NCBI GenBank assembly: GCA_964016885.1
Contig: OZ024747.1
Span: 79,856,001 to 79,920,000 of the forward strand
DNA length: 64,000 nt
Reading direction: 5' to 3'
From: Eledone cirrhosa
Lineage: Eukaryota
Position numbers and translations under genes: made by a program
Notes under the pieces: generated by a model
What the model was told of the DNA's origin: nothing
Database searches by the model: none
Seen by the model: the letters and a program-made list of their open reading frames with translations, nothing else
Shown here: in pieces, positions 43,788 to 55,876 of the stretch
How positions within the stretch are numbered: position 1 is the first letter of the stretch
How the letters are laid out: the number at the start of each line of letters is the position of its first letter

Positions 43788-44807
43788 ACCAGATAGAAAA
43801 ATGCGTACAGCAAAAAAAAGTAATATTGTTGGAATATAAACCTTTAAAAATACAGGACAAGAAACTAAAATAAAACTTTAAAAAAATAAGACAAGAAACT
43901 AAGATAAAACTTTAAAGAATTGGACAAGAAATAAAAAATTTTACAATAATATTAGTGGCAAATTTTTTTTATTCGTTTCCTGTGCTATGCCCCAGTATCT
44001 TCTTGATTAGTGCATAATAATTGTCATGCTCTCATTGTGCGTTGCTCCTGAGCGGTTGGTTCTGGTTGGGGTTGGTTGGCTGAGCAGTTCTGCTCCGTCA
44101 GAATGACCATTGCAAGAAGAATTGGCCGATGCAGCTGCAGGTCTCCTCCAAGAATGCACTTCTGGTCCCGCAACACAAGACGAAGATGGAGAAGACGACC
44201 GGGACAAGATGTCGACTCTGACCACCGACTACGGCACCTCCCTCAACCACCGGTCCTCCTTCCCTCTGTCCCGTCATCCCTCCAGTCCTCCCCCTTCCTG
44301 TACCAGAAAGCTGTGGCACGCATTCATCTGGACTGCCGGACTTGAGCTCAAGGACAAGATGCAAGGAGAAGATGGACGGGTTGGTCAAGATCAAGGATGA
44401 ACGGGACGACAAGACCGTGCGCTGCTGCTCAAGATCTGTGCTCATGGGCCCATGGGTCCATTCACATTATGCATGACACATGAGGCGTGTCGCCGAATGA
44501 TGAAATAGGGGTATGGTTATGGCCCAATTGGTGTTCAAACCAGGATCAAATGATCCCCCGGTCTGACGACGACCTCTGAATGTGGAACCCAGAGCCTATG
44601 AATGTGGAACTCGATTTTTTACCAATAAAAATTTTGCCACTAATATTATTGTACATTTTTTTTATTTCTTGTCCAATTCTTTAAAGTTTTATCTTAGTTT
44701 CTTGTCCTATTCTTTTAAAGTTTTATTTTAGTTTCTTGTCCTGTATTTTTAAAGGTTTATATTCCAACAATATTATTTTTTTTGCTGTACGCATTTTTCT
44801 ATCTGGT
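43788..44807. mobile_element. Unclassified fold-back element with ~185-bp inverted terminal arms and a GC-rich core
   Basis: 43788-43973 is the near-perfect reverse complement of 44624-44807. The arms contain ~32-bp subrepeats (gacaagaaactaa.ataaaactttaaa). No clear TSD. Confidence 0.75.
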
Positions 44808-44911
44808 ATAGTGATGTGTGTATACAACAAAAGAGAGCAAAATCATTTTTTCATAACAAAAAAATATTTTTTCTTTGATAGTGAGATTCCAATATGTGTA
44901 TTGTATATACA

Positions 44912-45154
44912 CAGTGGTAGACTGGGTCCAAAAATATTGGTTGCCAGGAAATGAAGGGGGCCCACCTACATATAGAATGCTATAATTTAATTTTTATAAT
45001 GAATAAATAACATTTTCGAAAAATACCTAAGTGGAAACAAAACTGCAATTAAATTTTTGCAGAAAAATATCTTACCTTCTCCAATAAAAAAATATTATGT
45101 ATTTTGCGAAATCCAGAGACTTTCAATAATGACCTTTGGTCTTTCACACACATT

Positions 45155-45227
<73 letters not shown>

Positions 45228-45660
45228 TATATACATATATATATACATATGGTGACCGGCTGAGGTTGAAGGAACAGAATAGCGGTCGCCCTCGGGTCTC
45301 GATTTTCAGCCCCATGGATTTTACCTATTACATTCACGTATTATATTTCGAATACCTGATGATATCACCGGATTCATACGGAACCCGGTCATTGAAATGA
45401 TCATAGTATAATAAACCTTTCAAGGATTTACACAAATCCAGCCTCCTGTCATTTCATTATATTATATATATATATATATACATATATATATACATATATA
45501 TATACATATATATATACATATATATATACATATATATATATACATACATATATATACATATATACATATATATATATACACACACACACACACCCATATA
45601 TATATATATATATAAATGAAAAGTATAGAAATTATTGTAGCGAGAAGCTAACAGTATTCC

Positions 45661-45737
<77 letters not shown>

Positions 45738-45943
45738 ATGTGTGTGTGTATCTATATATATATACACCACCTTCACCACTAATTGATTTGGCAGATGTCT
45801 TTAACCCATTGATACCAAATATTATTTAGTCAAGAGATCATCCTTACGGGGTCGATAAAATAAAGTACCAGTAATGCATTGGTTGATTGCTGGCCTTGTG
45901 CCAAACGTAGAATCAATTTTTTAGTCAGTAGTTCGTGTGTAAG

Positions 45944-46020
<77 letters not shown>

Positions 46021-46364
46021 GCTTGTGTGTCTGTGTCTATATATGTATGTTTGCATGCATGAATGAATACACTAAGCTTTAGATTTAGTAGAATGTACAA
46101 CCACTGATTCCAGCTATTTGCACTATCGTATATTTTGGTTTCTAATAATTCCCCGGAGAATTGGTTGACCAAATGCTTTGCTTAATTGTTTTCTTTATTT
46201 AAAAAAAAAATTATTCTTTCTCTTATATTTCAGGTATTTTTTGAAAGCAAAGCATTGGCCCCTAAAATACTACAGTACTACCGTGGGCTCTTGTAATGCT
46301 ACCGTGGGCCTCCTGGGGCGCACTTGCTATTGGGCAACCTGGCAACCTGGCCAGTCCGCCACTG
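44912..46364. mobile_element. hAT-type MITE with nested insertions
   Basis: TIRs cagtggtagactgg / ccagtccgccactg; 8-bp TSD tatataca / tatacaca (7/8 match). Contains (TA)n, an HHR insert and a SINE fragment (45838-45915). Confidence 0.7.
45352..45409 (+). ncRNA. Hammerhead ribozyme motif in a (TA)n-flanked insert 45250-45460
   Basis: atac-CTGATGA-tatc accgg attc atacg gaac ccggt catt-GAAA-tgatca-TA-gtat; palindromic stem III atgatcat. Confidence 0.75.
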
Positions 46365-46514
46365 TATACACATATTATATATGCTTAAACACTATCTTAT
46401 CGGTATTGCCAATTAATTATAACCAGTGAATTTCGTACTATATGTAAATGAGCATTTCCAAAGTCTGCATAGACTCTAGTCTATTTTCATGTACCGGTCT
46501 GTACCGGTGGTGAC

Positions 46515-46561
46515 TGCCACTGATGAGAGATTAACTTATCTTGAAACAATACTCTCTGGCA
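46515..46561 (+). ncRNA. Hammerhead ribozyme motif with eroded stem III
   Basis: tgcca-CTGATGA-gagat taactt atctt-GAAAC-aatactc-TC-tggca: perfect 5-bp stem I and 5-bp stem II (one G-U pair). Confidence 0.72.
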
Positions 46562-47214
46562 TTCTTGGCTGACATATCTGTGACATGTTCACAGAACAAA
46601 AGAGAGAATAATAATTTTTCGGAACAAAAAATAATTTTTACTTTGCTAGCGAGGCTTCCATATGGTTATATTATATAAACTTATAGTATATGATTTCATA
46701 TACACTCCTTTTATATCTATTTATATACATTTAGCGACTGGGAAAGGATTGTAAAGCGTCTTGACCACCTCAATTTTTGATGTGCCCGAGACCCAAATGA
46801 TAACTTTGGCCGAGCATGCAGACACGCCTCTCTTAAGTTCCTGTGCGAGTGAAACACTCCTCAATATTTTGAGCTTCCACAGTAGTGGCTCAAGAGCTCA
46901 ATAACGTATTGGAACGATGTGTAGGAACACATTTGACGGATCAAACGCGCGATATATTTACAAACGAACGATTCTTACATAACAACAGCAGCAGTCTTAT
47001 ATTTTTACTAATGAGCATTGGAATTTGCAAAGTTCATGTATGAGTGGTTTAGGTAAAAGGAAGCTATTTCTGCCAGGCTTTGAAACTTGTTTGGGGAGTC
47101 ACCCAATCTCCGACGTCCACCACAAATTGGTGTAAAACATTATATTTCTTTGAGTAAATACAAAGTCATATATCTAAAGAGCATTGGGTAATGGGATATT
47201 GCACATTCATTTCG

Positions 47215-47345
47215 TTTCTGAGACCACCTGTAACGTTTGTAAAGAAAACTTACTACAATTAGGATGCGAACTTGGTGAGATGGGAGATACTTTCTCTACA
47301 GCGCTTGCAAGTTACGACTTCACCTTTATATCATATTCATATTCG
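47215..47345 (+). pseudogene. Possible decayed mariner transposase fragment
   Basis: RPP...KENLLQLGCE...FSTALASYDF resembles mariner ARPH...KLLELGWE...YSPDLAPSDY. Confidence 0.4.
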
Positions 47346-48274
47346 TGTATAAATGACGTTGTAAATGAATTTATTTTTCTCTCGTTTAGACTTTAGAGTT
47401 AATTAGAGACATAGTTAATAAGGGAATTCAACTGTGAAAGATTAGTTAATTAAATCTCTGACAAAATTTTTCTGGCGAAGATTTGTTATCGGTATTTTTA
47501 GCATTGGGCAGATGAGATATTAATCTCGTTCTTCTTCTCCAGATATGAACGCTACTTTATTTTAGACCAACGTTTGACTAAGTTCTAAACTTTTATTACA
47601 TCTTAGCTGTCAGGAGAATTTGAACTAACAAATCCTCGTGTCACATTAGTCAGCCATAATAACGACCTTTTACCAGTACAACGTACCTCGTTCGAATCAT
47701 TTCCAAAAATATAATTTGTGTAGCAGTAAGAAACTGATATGTAGTATTTACGGGATCACGAGAAAAGATTATTTCCTAATTTATATAGGAAAGGTTAATA
47801 TAAAGTCAATTGGAATAGGAACAATTGGGATTAAATCTATCAGAGTAGAAAATAAGTATGAGGATCTGGAAACTTCAGCTCACAGATCAGTTGTTCCTTA
47901 GTTCGAAATCAGCTATGATTGAGCGTTACCTCTGATCAAACGGATTACGTTATCCAATCTGTCTTTTCCTCTTTTTCATGGCGGTAGGCCGTGACTATGA
48001 AGGATATTTGGCTGTTATTTCAAACAGATCGACTGACCACAATGATCTCCTTCGTTGGCTCAAGGTTTCAGAGTAAATGACATAGTTGCAAACTTCCCAG
48101 TGGATATGCTATCGACTGAAGAGTAATGTATTGGTATAGTGTCAATGGTAATGTGCTGTGTATTGGAGGAGTTATGAAAGACCCTCTCATCCACTCACTC
48201 AGATGAAGGTAAACCAACACTGGTTACAAATTTTTTATTCTAAATTTTATATTCCCAGCAACTGAAGGAGAAGG

Positions 48275-48545
48275 GCGGCGTTTAACAGAGCTATTAGAAC
48301 GTCAGATATAATTATTTGTATATTTTCAGACTATCTGGGCTCAGAGATTAAATAACGCCAGAGGTCAACTTTGTTTCCCATCTTTTCAGAGTCGATAAAT
48401 AAAGTACCAGTCTAGTATTAGGGTCAATTCTTACTCTATTTTTCTCACTTTTTATCTCTCTCGCTCTCTCCCCTTATATAAAAGACATCATCTGTTTCAA
48501 ACTTGGAGAGATATGAGTTCCACCAGGTTTTAAAGTGCTCAAGCC
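48275..48545 (+). mobile_element. SINE variant with an alternative 3' tail, diverged
   Basis: Core gaggtcaactttg...gtcgataaataaagtaccag, CT tract, then ttcaaacttggagagatatgagttccaccagg. Confidence 0.65.
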
Positions 48546-48720
48546 GGTGACCTTATGAAGTAATAATTTCGTTGATACAATCAACAATACGAATTTCAAT
48601 TATCCATTATTAGTGAAAAGTAGAATAGCATGCTTTATTTCTATATATTTCTCTATTGAACAATGGACACGTTATATAATATAACTTCATTGCTTAACAC
48701 AAACCAATTATAATAACATA

Positions 48721-48906
48721 GGGGCGGTGGATTGGCAGTATCAGTAGAGGGTCGGACGCCATGCTTTGACGCAAAGAGTTACGTCCCTTTACGATCTGAG
48801 TTCAAATCCCGCCGAGGTTAACTTTGCTTTTCATCCTTACGGGGTGGATAAAATAAAGTAATGTATTGGGTAATTGCTGGCCTTGTGCCAAAAGTAGAAA
48901 CAATTA
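48721..48906 (+). mobile_element. SINE (short subfamily) with 15-bp TSD
   Basis: aattataataacata (48706-48720) / aattataataatata (48902-48916). Confidence 0.9.
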
Positions 48907-48978
48907 TAATAATATATCATTCATGAAGTCTGAACCAAGATATGATTTTACACTCACATACACACAGATACACCCAGA

Positions 48979-49023
<45 letters not shown>

Positions 49024-49169
49024 GAGGGACATCCGGGTCGGCAACCTGTTCTCGGTGGTCCGACATTCCCACACATCAGTTTGCTGTGTTCGGGTTCGCT
49101 TCCTGCATGGGACTCCCAGCCACGCGCTGCCAGAGGAAACAGAGGTTTATTTTTTTTAAAAACACATCT

Positions 49170-49410
49170 ACACCAAAGTGTAATAATACATTGTGTAATA
49201 ACACCAAAGTGTAATAACACATTGTGTAATAACACCAAAGTGTAATAACACATTGTGTAATAACACCAAAGTGTAATAACACATTGTGTAATAACACCAA
49301 AGTGTAATAACACATTGTGTAATAACACCAAAGTGTAATAACACATTGTGTAATAACACCAAAGTGTAATAACACACTGTCTAATAACACCAAAGTGTAA
49401 TAACACATTG
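49170..49410. repeat. 31-bp minisatellite, about 8 copies, built from 16+15-bp subunits
   Basis: acaccaaagtgtaata+acacattgtgtaata repeated. Confidence 0.95.
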
Positions 49411-49519
49411 CACGATAGAATTAATTAATAATTATTAATAATGGTATATCGTGCAATGGCCGTACTCGATAACGAGGGCGCAGCCATCATCATGTATGTA
49501 TGTATGTATGTATGTATGT

Positions 49520-50149
49520 ATGGTCGGGTCGTTGGCGACTAAACTGGCAACCCCACCAAGGTTTCTTGGTGAGGAGGGTGACTTTGGACATCCTGCAGGA
49601 CTAAAAACAAAACCTGTCAAAGGGCAAAGGAGCTCTTAAGAGTCAATGGCCATCCAAAATCACCGGGAGAGATGACCCCTTAGCCTTTGTCAAGGCAGAA
49701 TTCTAGGAGAAGGAAAACTCTGATATAACACCTGCAACCCTGATGGTATCCAATGATGTTGACTTGTTCTTCTTTTTGGTAAATATCATCTTGGTTAAGA
49801 GAGTGGGACTGGCTTTGTGCAGTGCCTTTGCTCACTATAAAAGCTTCACGGCACAGGCATTGCTTTATATCTGGAGATCTCTCTGCACTTGTCGTCACAT
49901 GGTACCATGGGCCCAGCACTATGTGTCAATAATTGTCACAAGTGTAGTGTTTGTACCAGAGTTTTCAAGTCACTGGCTGGACTAAAAAGTCACACTCGTT
50001 CAGCGCATCGGTAGGGGTTCTCCTACATGGATATAAAGTAGTGGCCGTACTCGAAAACGAGTTGGCAGCCACCATGTATGTATGTATGTATGTATGTATG
50101 TATGTGTGTGTGTATGTATGTAATGTATGTATGTATGTATGTATGTATG

Positions 50150-50180
<31 letters not shown>

Positions 50181-50760
50181 CATGTATCCCAGTACAACCT
50201 GTCCCATGGTCGGGTCGTTGGCGACTAAACTGGCAACCCCACCATGGTTTCTTGGTGAGGAGGGTGACTTTGGACATCCTGCAGGACTAAAAACAAAACC
50301 TGTCAAAGGGCAAAGGAGCTCTTAAGAGTCAATGGCCATCCAAAATCACCGGGAGAGATGACCCCCTTAGCCTTTGTCAAGGCAGAATTCTAGGAGAAGG
50401 AAAACTCTGATATAACACATGCAACCCTGATGGTATCCAATGATGTTGACTTGTTCTTCTTTTTGGTAAATATCATCTTGGTTAAGAGAGTGGGACTGGC
50501 TTTGTGCAGTGCCTTTGCTCACTATAAAAGCTTCACGGCACAGGCATTGCTTTATATCTGGAGATCTCTCTGCACTTGTCATCACATGGTACCATGGGCC
50601 CAGCACTATGTGTCAATAATTGTCACAAGTGTAGTGTTTGTACCAGAGTTTTCAAGTCGCTGGCTGGACTAAAAAGCCACACTCGTTCAGCGCATCGGTA
50701 GGGGTTCTCCTACATGGATATAAAGTAGTGGCCGTACTCGAAAACGAGTTGGCAGCCACC
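49520..50760 (+). mobile_element. Two tandem near-identical copies (49520-50073, 50179-50760) of a ~0.55-kb non-autonomous element, probably RTE-LINE derived, each ending in (ATGT)n
   Basis: Direct duplication with a period of about 687 bp. ggagaaggaaaactctgat resembles RTE 5' UTRs. 3' stem-loop ctcg-aaaa-cgag precedes the tandem tail. Diverged relative at about 60245-60480. Confidence 0.7.
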
Positions 50761-50879
50761 ATGTATGTATGTATATGTGTGCTCGCATGATGTATGCATG
50801 TCTGTTTCGGTGTATATATGTATGTGATTTTAAGTATGTATGTATGTATGTATGTATGTATGTATGTATGTATGTATGT

Positions 50880-51312
50880 TATCTCTTTCTCTTAATTTCG
50901 AGTATATTTTTTTTGACCGGCCACCTTCCTAGTGGCAAGGTTGTAAAAGAAAAGAAATTGTCATCCCTTGAATCGCAAGAATTTTTTGCAAATTTTGAAG
51001 GTGCCAGCTATCGCAGCCATTTGTAGACTATGAATTAGGGAGCTGCGCTTTTTGTCCACAAATCCAAGTTCAGTCATACTTTGGTCCAAGCGGGTTGGTA
51101 TATAACCCGTAGCTCCAATAATGATGGGTATGAAGCTAAAGGTGTATCTTGGATACTGGATTTGTAAACTCCTCATCAATGGTCCGTAGATGTCCTCCTT
51201 CTCCTGTATTTTTCTGACAACGTTTACATCAAGTGGGCAGCTGATCTCCACAACAGAACACGTTTTCAATGTGTGGTCCCAAACAACAATATCAGGCCGG
51301 TTGTGCTTTAAT
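50880..51312 (-). pseudogene. 5'-truncated R4/Dong-clade non-LTR retrotransposon (REL endonuclease domain plus 3' UTR) inside (TACA)n
   Basis: Open frame KHNRPDIVVWDHTLKTCSVVEISCPLDVNV...KEDIYGPL...FIPIIIGATG...LQMAAIAGTFKICKKFL, with the RPD...E..CP...K..Y REL signature; stop at 50961. Confidence 0.88.
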
Positions 51313-51445
51313 TTGTATGTATGTATGTATGTATGTATGTATGTATGTATGTATGTATGTATGTATGTATGTATGTATGTATGTATGTATGTATGTATGT
51401 ATGTATGTATGTATCTATGTATGTATGTATGTATGTATGTGCGTA

Positions 51446-51480
<35 letters not shown>

Positions 51481-51769
51481 TTATATGTGTGTGTATGTAT
51501 TTATGTATGTGTGTATGTACATGTATATGTCACTGTATGTATGCGTGTATGTGTGTGTGCGTGTGTATGTTTATAAGTGTGTGTATGTATTTATGTATGT
51601 GTGTATGTATATACATGTTTATGCCAATGTATGTATGCGTGTGTGTGTATGGGAGTGTGTGTGTATGTGTGTGTGTATGTATATGTGTATATATGTGTGT
51701 GTGTATGTGTGTGTATGTATGTGTGTGCTTGCGTGTAAAAACATATAAACGCGCGTATTTGTCATTTAC

Positions 51770-51956
51770 AATAATTGTTTCTACTATTGGCACAAGGCCA
51801 GAAATTACCCAGTACATTACTGGTACTTTATTTTATCGACCCCGTAAGGATGAAAGGCAAAGTCAACCTCGGCGGGATTTGAACTCAGATCGTAAAGGGA
51901 CGTAACTATGCTGGAAAGCATGGCGTACGACCCTCTACCGATACTGCCAATCCACC
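51770..51956 (-). mobile_element. SINE (short subfamily)
   Basis: Close to consensus. Confidence 0.9.
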
Positions 51957-52694
51957 AGTTGCAGTTATTATGAGACACAAATCCTGACAGATGCACTAAA
52001 AATATAAGAATGATTAAAATAATCATCATCTTCTCTCCCCTCATCCATACCTTCTCTACTATCGGTGCACAGCTTTTCTTAATTAAACCAACGTTGATGA
52101 ATAGATGAAAGTTGTGCAGTGCTTAAATCCGCTAAGTCAAAATAACAATAGAGACTTTAAGACCAAGGAACGACAACGTCAGAAGAGACAGTGAATTTAA
52201 CAGAAACGACTCAAGCAGACAAAGAGATAAATTTATACGAGGAGAAAATGTTTTTACATATAAGTGAAGATAATGAAGAGCAATTAACAAAAAACAAAAA
52301 AGGAAAAAAAAACAAAAAAAAACAACACACAGATCAAAAATACAAAAATGGAAGAATAACAAAAAAAAAAAGATAAGACATTATAAAAGTTGGATGACAA
52401 CGACAATGATGTCTAAATGACAAGGCACGAACTGAGAAAAACGATGGTATTAATGTTATTTCAGCAAAAAATAGATAGAATCTTGTTGAAACAATACAGT
52501 AGTGCGTGGGATAAACACAACTTGTGATATTTAGTTAAATTTCTTTAAGTGTTAAAATAAAATCGCACCAGGCTTGAGTTTTCTGTTCAATATGCTGGAT
52601 ATATTCAGTAATATATTGCAGTAGATTGGCAGATTCATTAGATCAAAGTCCACTGATGTATACCCTTTTTTCTTTCTTTTTGAAGTCGATAAAA

Positions 52695-52837
52695 TAATTG
52701 TTTCTACTTTAGGCACAAGGCCAGCAATTACCCAGTGCATTACTGGTACTTTATTTTATCGACCCCGTAAGGATGAAAGGCAAAGTCAACCTCGGCGGGA
52801 TTTGAACTCAGATCGTAAAGGGACGTAACTATGCTGG
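52695..52837 (-). mobile_element. 5'-truncated SINE with exact 17-bp TSD
   Basis: gaagtcgataaaataat at 52682-52698 and 52837-52853. Confidence 0.92.
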
Positions 52838-52863
52838 AAGTCGATAAAATAATCACCTTTGAA

Positions 52864-53012
52864 CAGTGCCGGATTTTGTACAAATGAGGCCCTGTGTTAA
52901 TGAGACCCCTTACTTGGGCCCTGAAGAAGGTAATATTTTTTGGGGGGGCAGGAAAATGACCCCACCCCCTCCTGGCCAACGGATCCCTAAGCACATGGTC
53001 AATCCGGCATTT
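52864..53012. mobile_element. hAT-type MITE (~150 bp)
   Basis: TIR cagtgccggatt / aatccggcattt; 8-bp TSD cctttgaa / tctttgaa. Confidence 0.7.
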
Positions 53013-53767
53013 TCTTTGAAGCACTATGCTCTTTTCAATTGATTATACTCCTTGGATCAATAGAATCGATAATGCGTCGAATAAATTGCTTTGTGGCGTT
53101 TGTTCCGACATTTTATGGTTTGAGTTTAAAACCCTTCTGAGGTGAATCTTAGCTTTCATCCTTTCATCGGGTTCGATAAAATCAAATACCAGTCAAGTCA
53201 AATATTGGGTGTAATCCACTCCTTCTTTATTACATGCCAACCGGTAACATATAAAACCATGAGTAAAAATTGTGGTACACGTTGGTACTAGATCCTACAC
53301 GATTGTGCGTGACGGCCGTATATAAAATACCAATAAGAGGGGAGTTGTTGTTAATGATGCTATATGCTTCGAAGAGTCCTATATATACATGGGGCAAACG
53401 TCTAGTACTCCGGTGTAGTTAACATTTCCATATATGTAAGAATATATACAGGAAGTTACTAGAACATTTAAACTTGTCAATTGCGTGTTATGAATGTATC
53501 ACGCGTTTTTGCATAGAAATAGATGTATATATCAGCGGACAACTATTGAATATATGAATTTATTTCAAGTTTTTTTAATGGATTTTGGGAAACTAATTAA
53601 ATGTGATAGCTAATCATGTTTTGATGTGCTGACAAATAATTTTGCTTATAAGGTTGTTTCCCTTCTTCAATCGGTGGAATATATGTCAACCTGAATCGAA
53701 GAGTAAAGTTTGAAGATGATTCAGTTTTTAATAAATAATACACACTATAACTAAATACAACACACAC

Positions 53768-53857
<90 letters not shown>

Positions 53858-53861
<4 letters not shown>

Positions 53862-54943
53862 TAAAAGAGAAAACACAGGTAAGCATTAAGAGAAGGATTT
53901 TATCCAGGTATTTACGACCGTTTCATTGGTAAGTGCAACCTTATATTGCTATACTGCAAATAGCAGCCACTCAATTATAATTGTTGTTCACAGAATAATA
54001 AATAAGCACTTTCCAGATTCACATAGATACAGCAAAATCCTTAACACTAAATCTATTAGACTATCTTACTCCACGGCACCAAATATAGAGGCACACATTA
54101 AGATGCTTAACGCTAAAAAGATACATAACAACACCAAAACACAAATTTACAACAATAACAATATAATTACCACCGAACACAACAGAATATCTAATACACA
54201 ACCACCCGCTAATAGGCAAACAAAACGTAACACACTTGTTCAGGCATCGCAGCCCACAAATAATGCCAAAGTTGCCCATGACAAGAACTGTAACTGCCAC
54301 CTACCTGAAACCTGTCCATTACAAAATGAATGTATGCAGTCTAACCTGGTTTACCAATGCACAGTGGAATCAGACAACCAGAAATGGTATTACATCGGAG
54401 CGACTGGGAATACATTTAAAGCCCGTTGGTATACACACCGTTACGCAATGAAACATTCCCAGCACCGTTATGTAACTACCCTTGCAAACAAGACCTGGCA
54501 ACTGAGGGAAAGTAACCATCAATACACCCTGAAGTGGAAAAAATTATCGAACGCGCCCCCATATCGGAGTGGTATGAGAAGCTGTCGATTATGCGACCTT
54601 GAGCTGTTCCACATCTTAAGTTCGAAGAATAGGTTACTCAACAATAAAATCGAGAGATCAATTTATTGTAACCATAGACTCAAAGAGAAGTTTTCGCACT
54701 ACACATCGAACCCTTAACCTCTTACTACCAACTGACAAACTGCATATACTTAGACTTTATACCCTCTTGTATCTAAACCCTTTAATTACCCACAAAACCA
54801 ATACATATATCCCCCTCTTCTCCCTCATTCCTCTTCTATTTCTTCGTTTTCTTCCTTCTTTCCCTCCCCTTCTTGGCTATCTTTTCTTTTCTTCTTTCTC
54901 ACCCCCTTCTGTGCTTTTATTTTTGTCATTATTATCTTTATCT

Positions 54944-54989
<46 letters not shown>

Positions 54990-55802
54990 AAAGTTATATT
55001 TAAATTGCAAGATAAGTCAACATGAATGGATCTGTTATTTTTATCTAAAGACATTTTTTCCAATTCCAAATCTATCTATCGTCCGAAACGGCATAGCATA
55101 TTGTTAATATGTTATCCCTGAAATATATATAATGAAATAAATATGGTTTTATAAATATAGTTTCCATTTATTTAATATTATATATATATATATATATATT
55201 TATCTCTTTATATCTCCCCCTCCCCCTCACTCTCTCCCTCTCTATCCATCCCTCCCACTATGATCAATTTAATTCTCTTTAACTCACTACATTCCACGAC
55301 ATGAAGTCTGCTATCAAAACTGACCAAAGATTCCTTCCACCTTTACCCCTCCTTCCATCTCAGTTTGTCATTCTACTTCCTACCTCTTCCCCCTTCCTCT
55401 CTCTCTCTATACTATTCCGTCTGTCCCCTCACCTCCTGATTCCTCTCTCTCTATACAAGTAAATACAATTCCAAATAAATGTTTTTCTCTATATATTAAG
55501 AATTATTTCAAGAGTAACTTACTATTTTGAAAATTTGGACTGTGAACAACTATTATAATTGAATGGCTGCTATTTGCAGTATAGCAATATAAGGTTGCAC
55601 TTACCAATGAAACGGTCGTAAATACCTGGATAAAATCCTTCTCTTATTGCTTACCTGTGTTTTCTCTTTTATACTTTATACTCCAAGATTGAACGGAATT
55701 CTTACAAACTTGTGGAGTTACCCCTAACCGTACGTTGAAACCATCCATGAAACTGGCTTTCTTAACCAAAAACTGGATCACAATAAGCAATTTTTTGCTT
55801 CT

Positions 55803-55808
<6 letters not shown>
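53858..55808 (+). mobile_element. 5'-truncated Penelope-like element with inverted pseudo-LTR, inserted in (TA)n
   Basis: 53858-53993 is the reverse complement of 55540-55676. The GIY-YIG coding region lies between the arms, and there is pure (TA)n on both flanks. Confidence 0.9.
53991..54717 (+). CDS. PLE ORF C-terminus: RT thumb/linker plus GIY-YIG endonuclease (no true start; uninterrupted to the stop codon)
   Basis: IINKHFP...SKILNTKSIRLSYS..PN; CNC..PETCPL..EC; VYQ...YIG.T...FKARW..H; T.LA...W.L; CRLC..E; LNNKIE...CNH. Confidence 0.9.

Positions 55809-55874
<66 letters not shown>

Positions 55875-55876
<2 letters not shown>

Noticed and set aside
49170-49410. 31-bp repeat as CRISPR or as the Cys/Tyr-rich ORFs
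   Set aside because: Units are directly abutting with no spacers; the ORFs are a by-product of the repeat.
53366-53406. TCGAAGA-gtcc...ggggc-AAACGTC, and similar eroded motifs at about 5163-5207 (+), 7100-7146 (-) and 27454-27480 (+)
   Set aside because: Possibly ancient HHRs, but too many core mismatches to call by eye.
53926-53990. N-terminus of the 263-aa ORF
   Set aside because: It lies inside the inverted pseudo-LTR and is open by chance. PLE homology starts at about 53991, so this is not a complete gene.
55565-55626. Canonical hammerhead in the coding PLE's pLTR
   Set aside because: GAAAC-ggtc-GTA is present, but I found no CUGANGA at a suitable distance upstream.
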